DNA from: an uncultured Chitinophagaceae bacterium | GTDB lineage: Bacteria > Bacteroidota > Bacteroidia > NS11-12g > UBA9320 | Assembly: GCA_964647785.1 (NCBI GenBank) | Contig: CAZYJD010000001.1 | Span: forward strand, 26,148-90,147 | Reading direction: 5' to 3' | Length of the DNA stretch: 64,000 nucleotides | Shown here: positions 28,640 through 38,638 of the stretch, in pieces | Layout: every line of letters starts with the position of its first letter | Position numbering within the stretch: position 1 is the stretch's first letter | The notes under the pieces: model-generated | Told to the model about the DNA's origin: nothing | Database searches by the model: none | The model's input: the letters and a program-made list of their open reading frames with translations, nothing else | Made by a program: the position numbers and the translations under genes

Positions 28640-30328
28640 TTACCTCCGCTTTCTTTTGCGCTCGATGCCGGGCGCTTCTATATCTTCGAGCTTTTCAATG
28701 AACACCGGCATGCCTTTGTATTTGGCTTTTTTAAAGGATTTACTGATCTGATCTTGGCGACCTTTCTCAATCTCCACCATGCTGTAATTCTTCTCAATTT
28801 GAATGCGACCAATGCGCAGCTTCTTATCGCGGGTGTGCTCGTTGATCACCCCCATGATCACCGCTGCATTCATGCGTTCTTTAGCCCCTAAGCTGATGGC
28901 GTATTGTTCAAACTGATCGCCTCTCCCACCTGCTTTACCTTTTTTTGAAGATTTGCCGGAACCTGAATGCCTTGCTTCGCGATCGTTGTCTTTTAAACCG
29001 GTTTGCCCCGCACCCTTATTTAAATCAGGAACTGCCTTGTAGAACTTGAGCAAACGCGAGAATTCAAGGTGAAAAATCCGCGCAATTAGATCTTCCTTAT
29101 CCATCCACTCCAATTGGCGAATAACCTGTTGGTAGGCTGCCTTGTCATCCTCATGCATGATGGTATGTTCAATTTCATTCACCAAAGAGGCCAGTCGTTT
29201 TTGAATGATGTCATCTCCTGATGGCACCTTTTTGTATTCGAAGGGACGTTTTGCAAGGCGCTCAATATGTCTGAGCTTGCCTTTTTCTTTCATGTGAATG
29301 ATGGAAATGGAAATGCCTTTTCTCCCTGCTCGCCCGGTTCTTCCGGAGCGATGAATGTACACTTCAGGATCATCAGGCAAGTTGTAATTGATCACATGGC
29401 TGATGTCATAAATATCCAACCCCCTGGCGGCCACATCTGTAGCCACGAGCATTCGAAGGCTCCGTTCGCGGAATCGCTTGATCACGTCATCGCGCTGACC
29501 CTGCGCTAGATCTCCGTGCATGGCCTCGGCATTGTAGCCCATTTGAATCAGCTTGGCTGCTACTTCGCGCGTTTCCACCTTGGTGCGGCAAAAGATGATT
29601 CCGTAAATATCCGGTTCAACATCAATGATTCTGCGCAAGGCTTCAAAGCGATCGCGGGCGTGCACCAGAAAGTATTCGTGCGAAACATCTTCATTGCCGG
29701 CATTGCGCTGACCCACCGAAATCTCCATGGCATCATGCATGTACTCTTTGGAAATGTGCTGAATTTCTGATGGCATGGTTGCAGAAAACAACAAGGTTTG
29801 CTTATCAGACGGGGTATCTCGCAAGATTTCATCCAAATCTTCCTTGAAACCCATGTTCAACATTTCATCGGCTTCATCAAATACCAGATAACTGATGTTG
29901 TCAATTTGCAGTGCCCCTCTTTCAATCAAGTCGCGTGTTCTTCCGGGAGTGCCCACCACTATTTGAGAGCCATCGCGTAGCTTGTTCATTTGTGTAACAA
30001 TGGAAGCACCGCCGTATACCGCTGTGATTCTAAGCCTGCTGTATTTGCTGAATTGCTGCAGGTCATTGCTGATTTGCAGACAAAGCTCGCGTGTTGGACA
30101 AAGTACCAAGGCCTGCACCTTGAGCACGGAAGGGTCTGTTTTGTGCACCAGCGGCAAACCAAACGCTCCGGTTTTGCCCGTTCCTGTTTGCGCTAAAACA
30201 ACCAAATCTTTTCCTTCTTCCAGAATGGCAGGAATGGCTTTTTCCTGCACAGGGGTGGGCTGCTCAAATCCGAGGTCCTTCACCGCCTGAAGAACTTCGG
30301 GCTTCAGCCCCAATTGATCAAAAGACAT
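28640..30328 (-). CDS. DEAD-box ATP-dependent RNA helicase with a C-terminal DbpA-type RNA-binding domain
   Basis: Q-motif/PTPVQ, AQTGTGKT, DEAD, SAT and HRSGRTGRAGRKG motifs. Basic GR-rich linker. C-terminal RRM-like domain. Confidence 0.95.
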   Translation of the reverse strand: MSFDQLGLKPEVLQAVKDLGFEQPTPVQEKAIPAILEEGKDLVVLAQTGTGKTGAFGLPLVHKTDPSVLKVQALVLCPTRELCLQISNDLQQFSKYSRLRITAVYGGASIVTQMNKLRDGSQIVVGTPGRTRDLIERGALQIDNISYLVFDEADEMLNMGFKEDLDEILRDTPSDKQTLLFSATMPSEIQHISKEYMHDAMEISVGQRNAGNEDVSHEYFLVHARDRFEALRRIIDVEPDIYGIIFCRTKVETREVAAKLIQMGYNAEAMHGDLAQGQRDDVIKRFRERSLRMLVATDVAARGLDIYDISHVINYNLPDDPEVYIHRSGRTGRAGRKGISISIIHMKEKGKLRHIERLAKRPFEYKKVPSGDDIIQKRLASLVNEIEHTIMHEDDKAAYQQVIRQLEWMDKEDLIARIFHLEFSRLLKFYKAVPDLNKGAGQTGLKDNDREARHSGSGKSSKKGKAGGRGDQFEQYAISLGAKERMNAAVIMGVINEHTRDKKLRIGRIQIEKNYSMVEIEKGRQDQISKSFKKAKYKGMPVFIEKLEDIEAPGIERKRKRR

Positions 30329-30387
30329 GAAATGTGTATTAGATTAATTTTTGAAGCTGCAAAGATACGCCAATGCAGCATTGCTTG

Positions 30388-31164
30388 TTAAGAAAGTATT
30401 CCGGCCGCAATGGCAAGCCCCATGAGCAACAACAAATAACCCACCACCTGATGGAGCATATGCAGGCTCATTTTTCTCAATAGCTGCTTACCGAGCATGG
30501 CACCTCCAAAAGCAGATAAACAAGCAACAAGCAAGTAGGTGCCTTTCTCCTGAAAACCGGCGTGGTAATATTTATCAAAGTAAACCGCCAGCCTGCTCAA
30601 ATCAACCAAACAGGCAATGGCAATGCCGGTTGCGATATAGGCCTGCTTGCTCAGGTTCAAACGAATGAGGAAGGCGCTTCGCAATGCCCCTTGATGACCG
30701 GAAAGTCCACCAAAAAAACCGCTGAGCAGCCCACCCAAACTCAACCATCGATCAGAGAATTGCTGGCCCTTTAAGGCAGGCATGAGCTCATACAGTGCAA
30801 AAAAGGAAACCAATGAACCAATGACCAGTTGAAGCAAACTTACATCAAAGCGATGTGCGGCCCAATGCCAACTGAACAGCACATTTCCCTGTCCGAGACG
30901 TATCATGAGCCAGGCTCCGAGAAATGCCGCCGGTATGGCCGGTAAGCCAAAACGAAACAAAACGTTGCGCGATAAATTGCGGCCAATCAGCCCCATCTTA
31001 AACAAATTGTTCAGCAAATGAACCACCCCAGTTAAAGCAACAGCTTGGTCAATGGGAAAAAAGACCGCAAAAACCGGTGTGAGCAATGTTCCCAAACCAA
31101 AGCCTGAATAAAAGGTGAGTAAGGAGGCAAAAAAGGCCACGGCTGCGATCAATACATAATCCAT
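30388..31164 (-). CDS. TauE/SafE-family sulfite/anion exporter (membrane protein)
   Basis: Polytopic membrane protein with two internal repeats. Start chosen at MDYVLIAAVAFFASL, which gives an ATGA overlap with the upstream CDF gene. Confidence 0.75.
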   Translation of the reverse strand: MDYVLIAAVAFFASLLTFYSGFGLGTLLTPVFAVFFPIDQAVALTGVVHLLNNLFKMGLIGRNLSRNVLFRFGLPAIPAAFLGAWLMIRLGQGNVLFSWHWAAHRFDVSLLQLVIGSLVSFFALYELMPALKGQQFSDRWLSLGGLLSGFFGGLSGHQGALRSAFLIRLNLSKQAYIATGIAIACLVDLSRLAVYFDKYYHAGFQEKGTYLLVACLSAFGGAMLGKQLLRKMSLHMLHQVVGYLLLLMGLAIAAGILS

Positions 31165-32174
31165 CACCGTTCGGTTTGGTGTTTGGCATTGGAAAGCACC
31201 CTTTCGATGGTCCAATTGAGGCGGGCTTCTTGGGCGTGTTTTCTTTCTTTACAACCAGATAGTGCACAAATTTTACAAGATGCTTCCACGCAGGGATCCG
31301 TGTGGATGAAGAGCTCTACCTGCTCTGTGAATGCCTCATTCATGATTTCTTCGATTGCATCCACTGCATTATGCGCCTTGCGGATGCTGTAGTACCAGGG
31401 AAGGGTTAAATGTGCGTCTATGTGAAAGCTATGGGCATAGCGTATGATTCGGAGATTGTGAAAATCTACCCATTCATCTTTTCGTCTTTGCTCCATTATC
31501 TCCACCACCTTCTCCAGCAAGTCTTCATCTGCTTCATCCATGATGCCCGACATGGCCGAGCGAATAATGGTATGGGCCGAGCGAATGATCAACAAACCAA
31601 AAACGACGGCCACCGCTGAATCCAGCCATTGCCATCCGGTGAAAGAAACAGCGAACAAACCAGCAAACACTCCCAGTGTAGTGAACGCATCTGCCTGCAG
31701 ATGTTTTCCGCCTGAAATCAAAACAGGACTGCTGGCCTGGCGCCCTTTTCTCGTGCTCCATGCACCTAAGAGATAATTCAAGACTGCTGTGATTGCGATG
31801 ATGAGCATACCCATATCCAAACCTTTCAGCTCTTTGGGCACAATCAAATGGTAAACCGCTTCATAAATGATGAGCAAGCCGGCAAAAAGGATGAGCAAGC
31901 CTTCGAAACCGCTGCTGAGAAACTCTACCTTTCCATGTCCGTAAGGGTGATTGCGGTCTTTAGGCCGCATGGAAAAACGAAGGCTATAGAGGCCGAGAAA
32001 AGCGGTAACGATATTGATAATGCTTTCCAGTGCATCGCTTAAAATGGCAACGGAACCAGTGAGATAGTAGGCCACCATTTTTAACAAGAAGAGCAAAACG
32101 CCCACCCCTACCATAAGGCGCTGAATTCCAAAGGCCTCTTTAGAATTTTCGATATGTGTATGTCGTCCGCCCAT
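31164..32174 (-). CDS. Cation diffusion facilitator (CDF) family metal efflux transporter
   Basis: ILSDALESIINIVTAF...HPYGHGKVEFLS signature. Six TM plus a cytoplasmic C-terminal domain with a His/Cys-rich tail. Confidence 0.85.
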   Translation of the reverse strand: MGGRHTHIENSKEAFGIQRLMVGVGVLLFLLKMVAYYLTGSVAILSDALESIINIVTAFLGLYSLRFSMRPKDRNHPYGHGKVEFLSSGFEGLLILFAGLLIIYEAVYHLIVPKELKGLDMGMLIIAITAVLNYLLGAWSTRKGRQASSPVLISGGKHLQADAFTTLGVFAGLFAVSFTGWQWLDSAVAVVFGLLIIRSAHTIIRSAMSGIMDEADEDLLEKVVEIMEQRRKDEWVDFHNLRIIRYAHSFHIDAHLTLPWYYSIRKAHNAVDAIEEIMNEAFTEQVELFIHTDPCVEASCKICALSGCKERKHAQEARLNWTIERVLSNAKHQTER

Positions 32175-32222
32175 TCCGGCAGAAAGCCTTTATTTTTGCT
32201 GCCGCAAGTTAGTTAGATTCAT

Positions 32223-33515
32223 ATGGCTTTCAAACCCCAATATAACCTCATCGAAGAGCTCAAATGGAGAGGACTCCATCATCAGGACATACCGGGAACC
32301 GAAGAACTGCTCATGAAAGAGCAGGTGAAGGGATATGTTGGTTTTGATCCCACGGCTGATTCGCTGCACATTGGAAATATGGTGCCCATTATGCTATTGG
32401 TGCATCTTCAAAGGGCAGGACACATCCCCATTGCGCTGGTAGGAGGTGCCACCGGAATGGTGGGCGATCCCAGTGGTAAAAGCAGCGAAAGAAACCTACT
32501 TGATTTGGATACCATCCAACACAACCTCAATTGCCAGAAAAAACAGCTGGAGTCTTTTCTCAACTTTAATTCTGACAACGCCGCCGAGGTGGTGAACAAT
32601 TACGATTGGTTCAAAAACTGGGGCTTTCTTGAATTCATTCGCGATGTGGGCAAACACATCACCGTGAGTTATATGATGTCTAAAGACTCGGTTCAAAACC
32701 GCCTTGAAGGTGGCCTTTCATTCACCGAGTTCAGCTACCAGCTGGTGCAGGGATATGATTTTTACCATCTGTACAGCGAAAATGGAGTGAAACTGCAAAT
32801 GGGCGGAAGCGATCAGTGGGGCAATATTGTTACCGGTACCGAACTCATCAGAAGAAAAGCCGGTGGAGAGGCATTTGCGCTTACCGCACCACTGCTCACC
32901 AAAGCAGATGGTTCGAAATTCGGCAAATCAGAAGGTGGCAATGTTTGGCTCGATCGCAAAAAAACCAGCCCTTACAAATTTTATCAGTTCTGGCTGAATG
33001 TGAGCGATGAAGAAGCAGAAAAACTCATTAAAATATTCACGCTGCTGGAAAAGTCGGCAATCGATGCGCTCATTGCCCAACACCGCGAAGCCCCGCATCT
33101 AAGAATTCTGCAAAAAGAACTCGCCAAAGAAGTGACCACCATGGTGCACTCAGAGAAAGACTACGAACAGAGCGTGGAAGCCAGTGAAATTCTGTTCGGC
33201 AAAAGCACCACCGAAGCACTGAAAACACTGGATGAAGAAGTACTCCTCTCTGCGCTCGATGGGGTTCCGATTTTCGAAATCAGCACCAATCTGCTCAACG
33301 GCGATTTAAGCCTGATTGACCTTTTATCAGTGGAAACAGCGGTGTTCCCAAGCAAAGGAGAATGCAGAAAGATGATTAAAAACGGTGGATTGAGCATCAA
33401 TAAAGAGAAAATGCAGGATGAAAACCAAAACCTGCATGCCGACATGCTCATCAACAACAAATTTATCTTGGTTCAAAAAGGAAAGAAAAACTATTACCTC
33501 ATTAAACTGGCGTAG
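32223..33515 (+). CDS. tyrS: Tyrosyl-tRNA synthetase
   Basis: HIGH-type motif [15 protein letters not shown]-type KFGKSEGG, and a C-terminal S4 domain. Confidence 0.97.
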   Translation: MAFKPQYNLIEELKWRGLHHQDIPGTEELLMKEQVKGYVGFDPTADSLHIGNMVPIMLLVHLQRAGHIPIALVGGATGMVGDPSGKSSERNLLDLDTIQHNLNCQKKQLESFLNFNSDNAAEVVNNYDWFKNWGFLEFIRDVGKHITVSYMMSKDSVQNRLEGGLSFTEFSYQLVQGYDFYHLYSENGVKLQMGGSDQWGNIVTGTELIRRKAGGEAFALTAPLLTKADGSKFGKSEGGNVWLDRKKTSPYKFYQFWLNVSDEEAEKLIKIFTLLEKSAIDALIAQHREAPHLRILQKELAKEVTTMVHSEKDYEQSVEASEILFGKSTTEALKTLDEEVLLSALDGVPIFEISTNLLNGDLSLIDLLSVETAVFPSKGECRKMIKNGGLSINKEKMQDENQNLHADMLINNKFILVQKGKKNYYLIKLA

Positions 33516-33523
33516 GGTTTAGG

Positions 33524-34528
33524 TTACCAGTGCATGAGGGCACTGGCCCAGGTAAAGCCGCTTCCAAATGCAGCCAGGCAAACCAAATCGCCTTCCTTCA
33601 GTTTACCCTGCTCCCAGGCTTCGGTCAATGCAATGGGAATGGATGCAGCGGTGGTATTGCCGTATTTCTGAATATTGTTAAACACCTGATCATCTGTAAG
33701 ACCTAAGGTTTTTTGAATGAATTGAGCAATTCTCAAATTAGCTTGGTGTGGTACGAGCAACTTGATGTCTGAAGTGCTATAATCATTTTGATTGAGCGCT
33801 TCCATGATTACTTCAGGAAAACGGGTAACCGCATGTTTGAATACGTAATTGCCATTCATATATGGGAAGTACGAAACATCTTCGGGATCATTTTCTGCGA
33901 TGATCTCATTGACCCAACGCGAAGTGGCAGGTGCCAGCAAGGCCAGTTCTTTGGCGTACTTGCCTTCAGAATGAAGATGGGTGCTCAAAATGCCTCGTCC
34001 GCTTTCTTCGGTGGCAGAAACAATGGCCGCTCCGGCGCCATCTCCAAAAATCACACTCACCCCTCTTCCCCGATCATTTTTTTCCAAGCCTCCGCTATGG
34101 TATTCACTGCCAATGACCAATATGTTTTTGTACATGCCGGTTTTGATGTACTGATCTGCTACTGATAGCGCGTATACGAAACCGCTGCACTGGTTCCTCA
34201 CATCCAAGGCCCCAATGGTATCTAGCCCAAGCGCTTCCTGCACCTGAACGCCCGGACCCGGGAAATAATAGTCAGGACTCAGGGTGGCAAAAATGATGAA
34301 ATCGATGTCAGATTTATCCATCTCTGCTCTTTCGATAGCCTGGAGAGCTGCCTTTACGCCCATGCCGCTGGTGGTGTCTTCACCAGGTTTCACCCATCTT
34401 CTCTCTTTGATACCTGTGCGTTCTTGTATCCACTCATCATTGGTATCCATCAATTGAGACAGATCGTGATTGCTTACCACCTGATCAGGCACATAGTATC
34501 CCAACCCTTTAATTATTGATCTCGGCAT
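33524..34528 (-). CDS. fabH: 3-oxoacyl-ACP synthase III
   Basis: Catalytic Cys context NQCSGFVYAL. His/Asn region HQANLRI...AFGSGFTWASALMHW. Start chosen at MPRSIIKGLGYYVP. Confidence 0.93.
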   Translation of the reverse strand: MPRSIIKGLGYYVPDQVVSNHDLSQLMDTNDEWIQERTGIKERRWVKPGEDTTSGMGVKAALQAIERAEMDKSDIDFIIFATLSPDYYFPGPGVQVQEALGLDTIGALDVRNQCSGFVYALSVADQYIKTGMYKNILVIGSEYHSGGLEKNDRGRGVSVIFGDGAGAAIVSATEESGRGILSTHLHSEGKYAKELALLAPATSRWVNEIIAENDPEDVSYFPYMNGNYVFKHAVTRFPEVIMEALNQNDYSTSDIKLLVPHQANLRIAQFIQKTLGLTDDQVFNNIQKYGNTTAASIPIALTEAWEQGKLKEGDLVCLAAFGSGFTWASALMHW

Positions 34529-34602
34529 ATTTATTTTTTGTAAAAATAACGATTGCTTCATTTCAAATGTTCAATGTCAACAAGAGTCAATACCTTTGAC
34601 AT

Positions 34603-35439
34603 GTGTTTAGACCTGGAGTACACAATCATTTAAGAGCACTCAGAAAAGCAGATCACGGTTGGTATCTGGGAAACGAGCAGGAAAGCGTTCTCTTGCCCAA
34701 TCGTTACGCCCCTGAAGATCTCCAGGAAGGAGACCGGCTGAGGGTGTTTCTGTATTTCGACTCAGAAGACCGCTTGATTGCCACCACCCTGGAACCCCTC
34801 ATTCGCTGTGAGGAGTTTGCGGTGCTTGAATGTATTGATGTGAATGACAAAGGTGCATTCATGGACTGGGGACTGCCCAAAGACCTCTTGATTCCGGTTA
34901 GGGAGCAGGAAACGCCGCTTAAAAAAGGCGAAAAATACGTGGTGTATATGTACCTCGATGAAAGCTCGAATCGACTAGTGGGAAGCACCCGATTGCGCAA
35001 ATATCTGGAGGCTTTCAATGGTGAATGGTCAGAAGGCGATGAAGTGGAGGCACTGTTATATTCTGAAACAGATCTGGGATGGAATGCCGTTGTCGAAGGC
35101 CGTTTTGCCGGCTTGCTCTACCACAATAAAATCAGTCGTGTGGTTCAAAGAGGATCTGCCCTCAAAGTGCTGATTGAGAAAATACGGGATGATGGGAAAC
35201 TCGATCTGGCCATGAACGCTCAGGGGTATGAACGCATCAGTACTGAAGCAGAGCGCCTGCTGGAACTCATTCGCCGAAACAATGGTTTTCTGAATCTGCA
35301 TGATAAAAGTTCTCCTGAAGAGGTGAGAAAGATAGCAGGAATGAGCAAGAAAACCTTCAAAATGGCAGTTGGGCAATTGTATAAAAAACGACTCATTGAA
35401 TTAAGTCCTGAAGGAATATCCCTCATAGAGCAAGCTTAA
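34603..35439 (+). CDS. CvfB/YitL-family S1-domain RNA-binding protein
   Basis: About 280 aa with repeated S1-like segments (GWYLGNEQESVLLP..., GAFMDWGLPKDLLIP...) and a C-terminal winged-helix-like region. Confidence 0.7.
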   Translation: MFRPGVHNHLRALRKADHGWYLGNEQESVLLPNRYAPEDLQEGDRLRVFLYFDSEDRLIATTLEPLIRCEEFAVLECIDVNDKGAFMDWGLPKDLLIPVREQETPLKKGEKYVVYMYLDESSNRLVGSTRLRKYLEAFNGEWSEGDEVEALLYSETDLGWNAVVEGRFAGLLYHNKISRVVQRGSALKVLIEKIRDDGKLDLAMNAQGYERISTEAERLLELIRRNNGFLNLHDKSSPEEVRKIAGMSKKTFKMAVGQLYKKRLIELSPEGISLIEQA

Positions 35440-35708
35440 TGGAACGCTGGAAACTAGTGATAAGAGGTAAAGTTCAGGGGGTATGGTATCGCGCCAATTG
35501 TCGTGAAAAAGCCATTGAACTGGAATTAAGCGGATTTGTTCGAAATGAAGGGGATGGTTCCGTTTATGCAGAAGGTCAGGGTACCCCTCAGGCGCTGAAT
35601 GAATGGAAAAAGTGGTGTGAACAAGGGCCTGCCCTTGCAAGGGTTGTTCAGGTAGAATTCGATGTTCTGCCATGTATCAAGGAAGAAGGGTTTCATATTC
35701 TAAGGTGA
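35439..35708 (+). CDS. acyP: Acylphosphatase
   Basis: 89 aa with VIRGKVQGVWYR (the VxGxVQGVxFR signature) and GFVRNEGDGSV. Confidence 0.9.
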   Translation: MERWKLVIRGKVQGVWYRANCREKAIELELSGFVRNEGDGSVYAEGQGTPQALNEWKKWCEQGPALARVVQVEFDVLPCIKEEGFHILR

Positions 35709-35950
35709 TAAACACGTATTCCGTTCTTTGCTGAATGCCGTTAGAGTTATCCTCGGGCTGAGCGTTTTACGATAGAAGAATACACCTACATGATGATTGT
35801 GATCATCGCTTCGATGGTTCCAGTGATTTCTGTTCTACTTTTTAGAAAGTACAGGAAGAAGTACGTTAAATGGTTTGCATTGGGAATTCATTGAAATTTC
35901 AAACCCAATGTCTGAAGATAGCAAAGTCATTTCCTGAACCATCCATTTCC

Positions 35951-38578
35951 CTAATGGGCTATATTTAATCTCTGGGTATACAACTGATGCTGATGATGTA
36001 TGTGAATGATATACGTTCCGGTATTCAGCTGACTTATATCCAAATTACCAGGCAGTATCTTTTGCAAGGTTAACACCCTGCGCGCCAACAGGTCGTAAAT
36101 CTGAATTTCAGCTTCACCACTGAGACCAACGATTTGAATAACTGAGCTGGCAGGATTGGGATAAACATTGATGGGTTCCTGTTGGCGGGTTTCAAGACTG
36201 TTCGTGCGCACACTTTCAAAAAACCAGCTATCACTCCATGGACCTACAAGATCAGGGCGCCGTGCCCGCACCCGCCAATAATAACGAGTACCTTGATTCA
36301 AGTTGGTAAATGCCACTGCCGTGCTTGTGGGATTACCTGTTGCCACCAAATTGGTGAAATTGCTATTGGTAGAAACCTGTATGTCGTATGACTGAGCTGT
36401 GTTAACACCAAACCAGACCAGATTTACCCCTGCAAGAGGGATGTTGCTTGCTCCATTAAAAGGTCGAGACAATTGAGGTTTAGAAAGTTGGGGGGCGGCC
36501 ACCGTGCTAAAACGATGGATAAGAGACCAGGATGATGTATCCCGGGTGTGAAATGCTCTTGCTCTCCAGTAATAAGTTGAACCATGATCGAGATTGACCA
36601 CTTTTTCTGAAGGGTCTCCCTTGCTGAGGGTTTGAATGCCAGCTGTACTCAGGTTGGAATCTTTTGCTATTTGATACTCATAGGTGTAATCATCATCTGA
36701 ACCCTGTATGCCCCAGTCAAGTTTGGGGTTGATAACCACATTTTGTGCATCATTCGCCGGGGAGCTAAGCCAGGGTCGCTGTGTGGTGGTGAAACTCCTG
36801 CTGATGGACCATTGGCTGCTATCCCTGTCTGTAACACAACGCGTTCTCCAGTAATATCTCGTCTCGAAATTCAACTCTCCGGGCAATTCTACCTGAATAT
36901 ATTGCGGTTGAAAATCATCTGGTTCATGTAGGGCAGAACCGAATTGCTTTAGAGGAGAATTAAACGCCATGCTTGTATCCAACTCCCAATGAACGCTATC
37001 ACTCCCATCTACTCCCACAATCAAGGCATTTGTCTGCGTGCCAATGCCTATGAAATTATCAGGTGGGAAATGAGGTAGAGGTCCGGATTTGGTTCTAAAG
37101 GTAACGGGGATGGTGGATTCAGAAGTGTCGGAATATCTGATTGCAAACACCCGGTACACATAATCCTGATCATACTTGAGGTCAACAAAGGTGCTATTCC
37201 ATATGCCGGAAACGTTTTCGAACGTATCAACCACAATGGCTTCATCAGAAAGGGCGATATTAAACTGCTTTCCAGTATCTATTTGTAACAAATATGCCGT
37301 GGCCCACGAAGCCTGAATGAATCTGATGTTCACGCGGATATTATGATCTGCGGTATTGTTTCTCGGAGATGGCGGATCTATTCTCAATTGCCCGGTAAAT
37401 GTGCGAAACTGAAACTCTGACCATTTTGAAGTATCAGTATCGTGCATGCCGCGTACTCGCCAGAAATAGGGTCTGTTCAAATACAGTGTGTCCGGTAAAG
37501 TCATTCTATCTTCAGCAAGTGTGCTGTCTTTGAGAATCACAGCAAAATCCGCGTTTTCTGAGAGCTGAAACTGATACCTCATTCCGGATCGGTTGTCCCA
37601 TCTAAACTGAACCACCAGTGACTGGAGGCTGCCATTGTTTTGAGGGAACACAAATGTGAAATCTTCGCTCACAAAAAATGAATCCACCACAGACCAATCA
37701 GATTTCTGATTACCAAATACGCCCCTTATACGCCAGTAGTACCATTCACCAAAATACAGGTTTCTTAAAGTGTCTCTCCTGGAGTATCTGTCGAGTATTT
37801 TGCTTTTGCTTTCCGTTGATGAGAAATCTCTTTGGGTATCCAATTGCAATTCAACTTCCGCCAACCCCATATCAGGCCATTGAACAACTGATTGCGGGTC
37901 TGATGACTTGCCCACCTTGAAGATCTCAGGCACCGTTTTGATGGTATATTTCCAAATGGGCGACCAATCCAGGGTGTCTCCAAACTTATTCACCGCTGTT
38001 GCACGCCAGTAAATGGTTTTACCATAGGTAAAATAATTGCTGTCTATCAAAGCACGGTCGTTAGATGTCCGTCGAACAAAGGATGAACTGTTCATCGTAT
38101 TGACAGTATCCATCTCGAAAATATAAGTGACCGGTTCATCTGAGGTAAGTGAAATAACCCTGAGAGATGTAAGAGGCCCTTCAACATTATTCTGCGGAAA
38201 GTTCAATTCACAGCTTTCAAGCACAGTAAAATTGAACGCACTGGACCAACCAGATGTATCGGTACTATTGAAACAACGTGTCCGCCAAAAATAGGTCTGT
38301 CCCTTCCTCAATGTGCCTGACGTGGCACTGCGTGAAGAACTGTTGCCTGAAGAGAAGACGGATGTTACCATAGGGCTGTTAAAAGCCGAACTGGTGTCAT
38401 ATTGATATTCGTAGCCCGTCGCACCGCTAACGCTGGTAGCGAGAAATGTAACATCAAAACGCTTGAGTGTGATGTTTGATATGGGTACGGAGGGACTCGG
38501 GCGACTCAAATTTGCCCGGGAAGAAAAAACCGCTCCAAACAAAACCAAAAGGAGCGCGAAAAAGCGAGTGGCCATCAT
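35951..38578 (-). CDS. Large T9SS-secreted protein with multiple fibronectin-III-like repeats
   Basis: Signal peptide MMATRFFALLLVLF. At least 8 repeats ending in the (Y/F)(Y/F)WR(A/T/V)R motif. C-terminal VYPNPASSVIQIVGLSGEAEIQIYD...GTYIIHIHH T9SS CTD. Confidence 0.75.
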   Translation of the reverse strand: MMATRFFALLLVLFGAVFSSRANLSRPSPSVPISNITLKRFDVTFLATSVSGATGYEYQYDTSSAFNSPMVTSVFSSGNSSSRSATSGTLRKGQTYFWRTRCFNSTDTSGWSSAFNFTVLESCELNFPQNNVEGPLTSLRVISLTSDEPVTYIFEMDTVNTMNSSSFVRRTSNDRALIDSNYFTYGKTIYWRATAVNKFGDTLDWSPIWKYTIKTVPEIFKVGKSSDPQSVVQWPDMGLAEVELQLDTQRDFSSTESKSKILDRYSRRDTLRNLYFGEWYYWRIRGVFGNQKSDWSVVDSFFVSEDFTFVFPQNNGSLQSLVVQFRWDNRSGMRYQFQLSENADFAVILKDSTLAEDRMTLPDTLYLNRPYFWRVRGMHDTDTSKWSEFQFRTFTGQLRIDPPSPRNNTADHNIRVNIRFIQASWATAYLLQIDTGKQFNIALSDEAIVVDTFENVSGIWNSTFVDLKYDQDYVYRVFAIRYSDTSESTIPVTFRTKSGPLPHFPPDNFIGIGTQTNALIVGVDGSDSVHWELDTSMAFNSPLKQFGSALHEPDDFQPQYIQVELPGELNFETRYYWRTRCVTDRDSSQWSISRSFTTTQRPWLSSPANDAQNVVINPKLDWGIQGSDDDYTYEYQIAKDSNLSTAGIQTLSKGDPSEKVVNLDHGSTYYWRARAFHTRDTSSWSLIHRFSTVAAPQLSKPQLSRPFNGASNIPLAGVNLVWFGVNTAQSYDIQVSTNSNFTNLVATGNPTSTAVAFTNLNQGTRYYWRVRARRPDLVGPWSDSWFFESVRTNSLETRQQEPINVYPNPASSVIQIVGLSGEAEIQIYDLLARRVLTLQKILPGNLDISQLNTGTYIIHIHHQHQLYTQRLNIAH

Positions 38579-38638
38579 TATTCGAAGGTATTTGATTTTA
38601 TGAGAACAAACCCTGATCAATGCCAGAACAGGGTAAAA

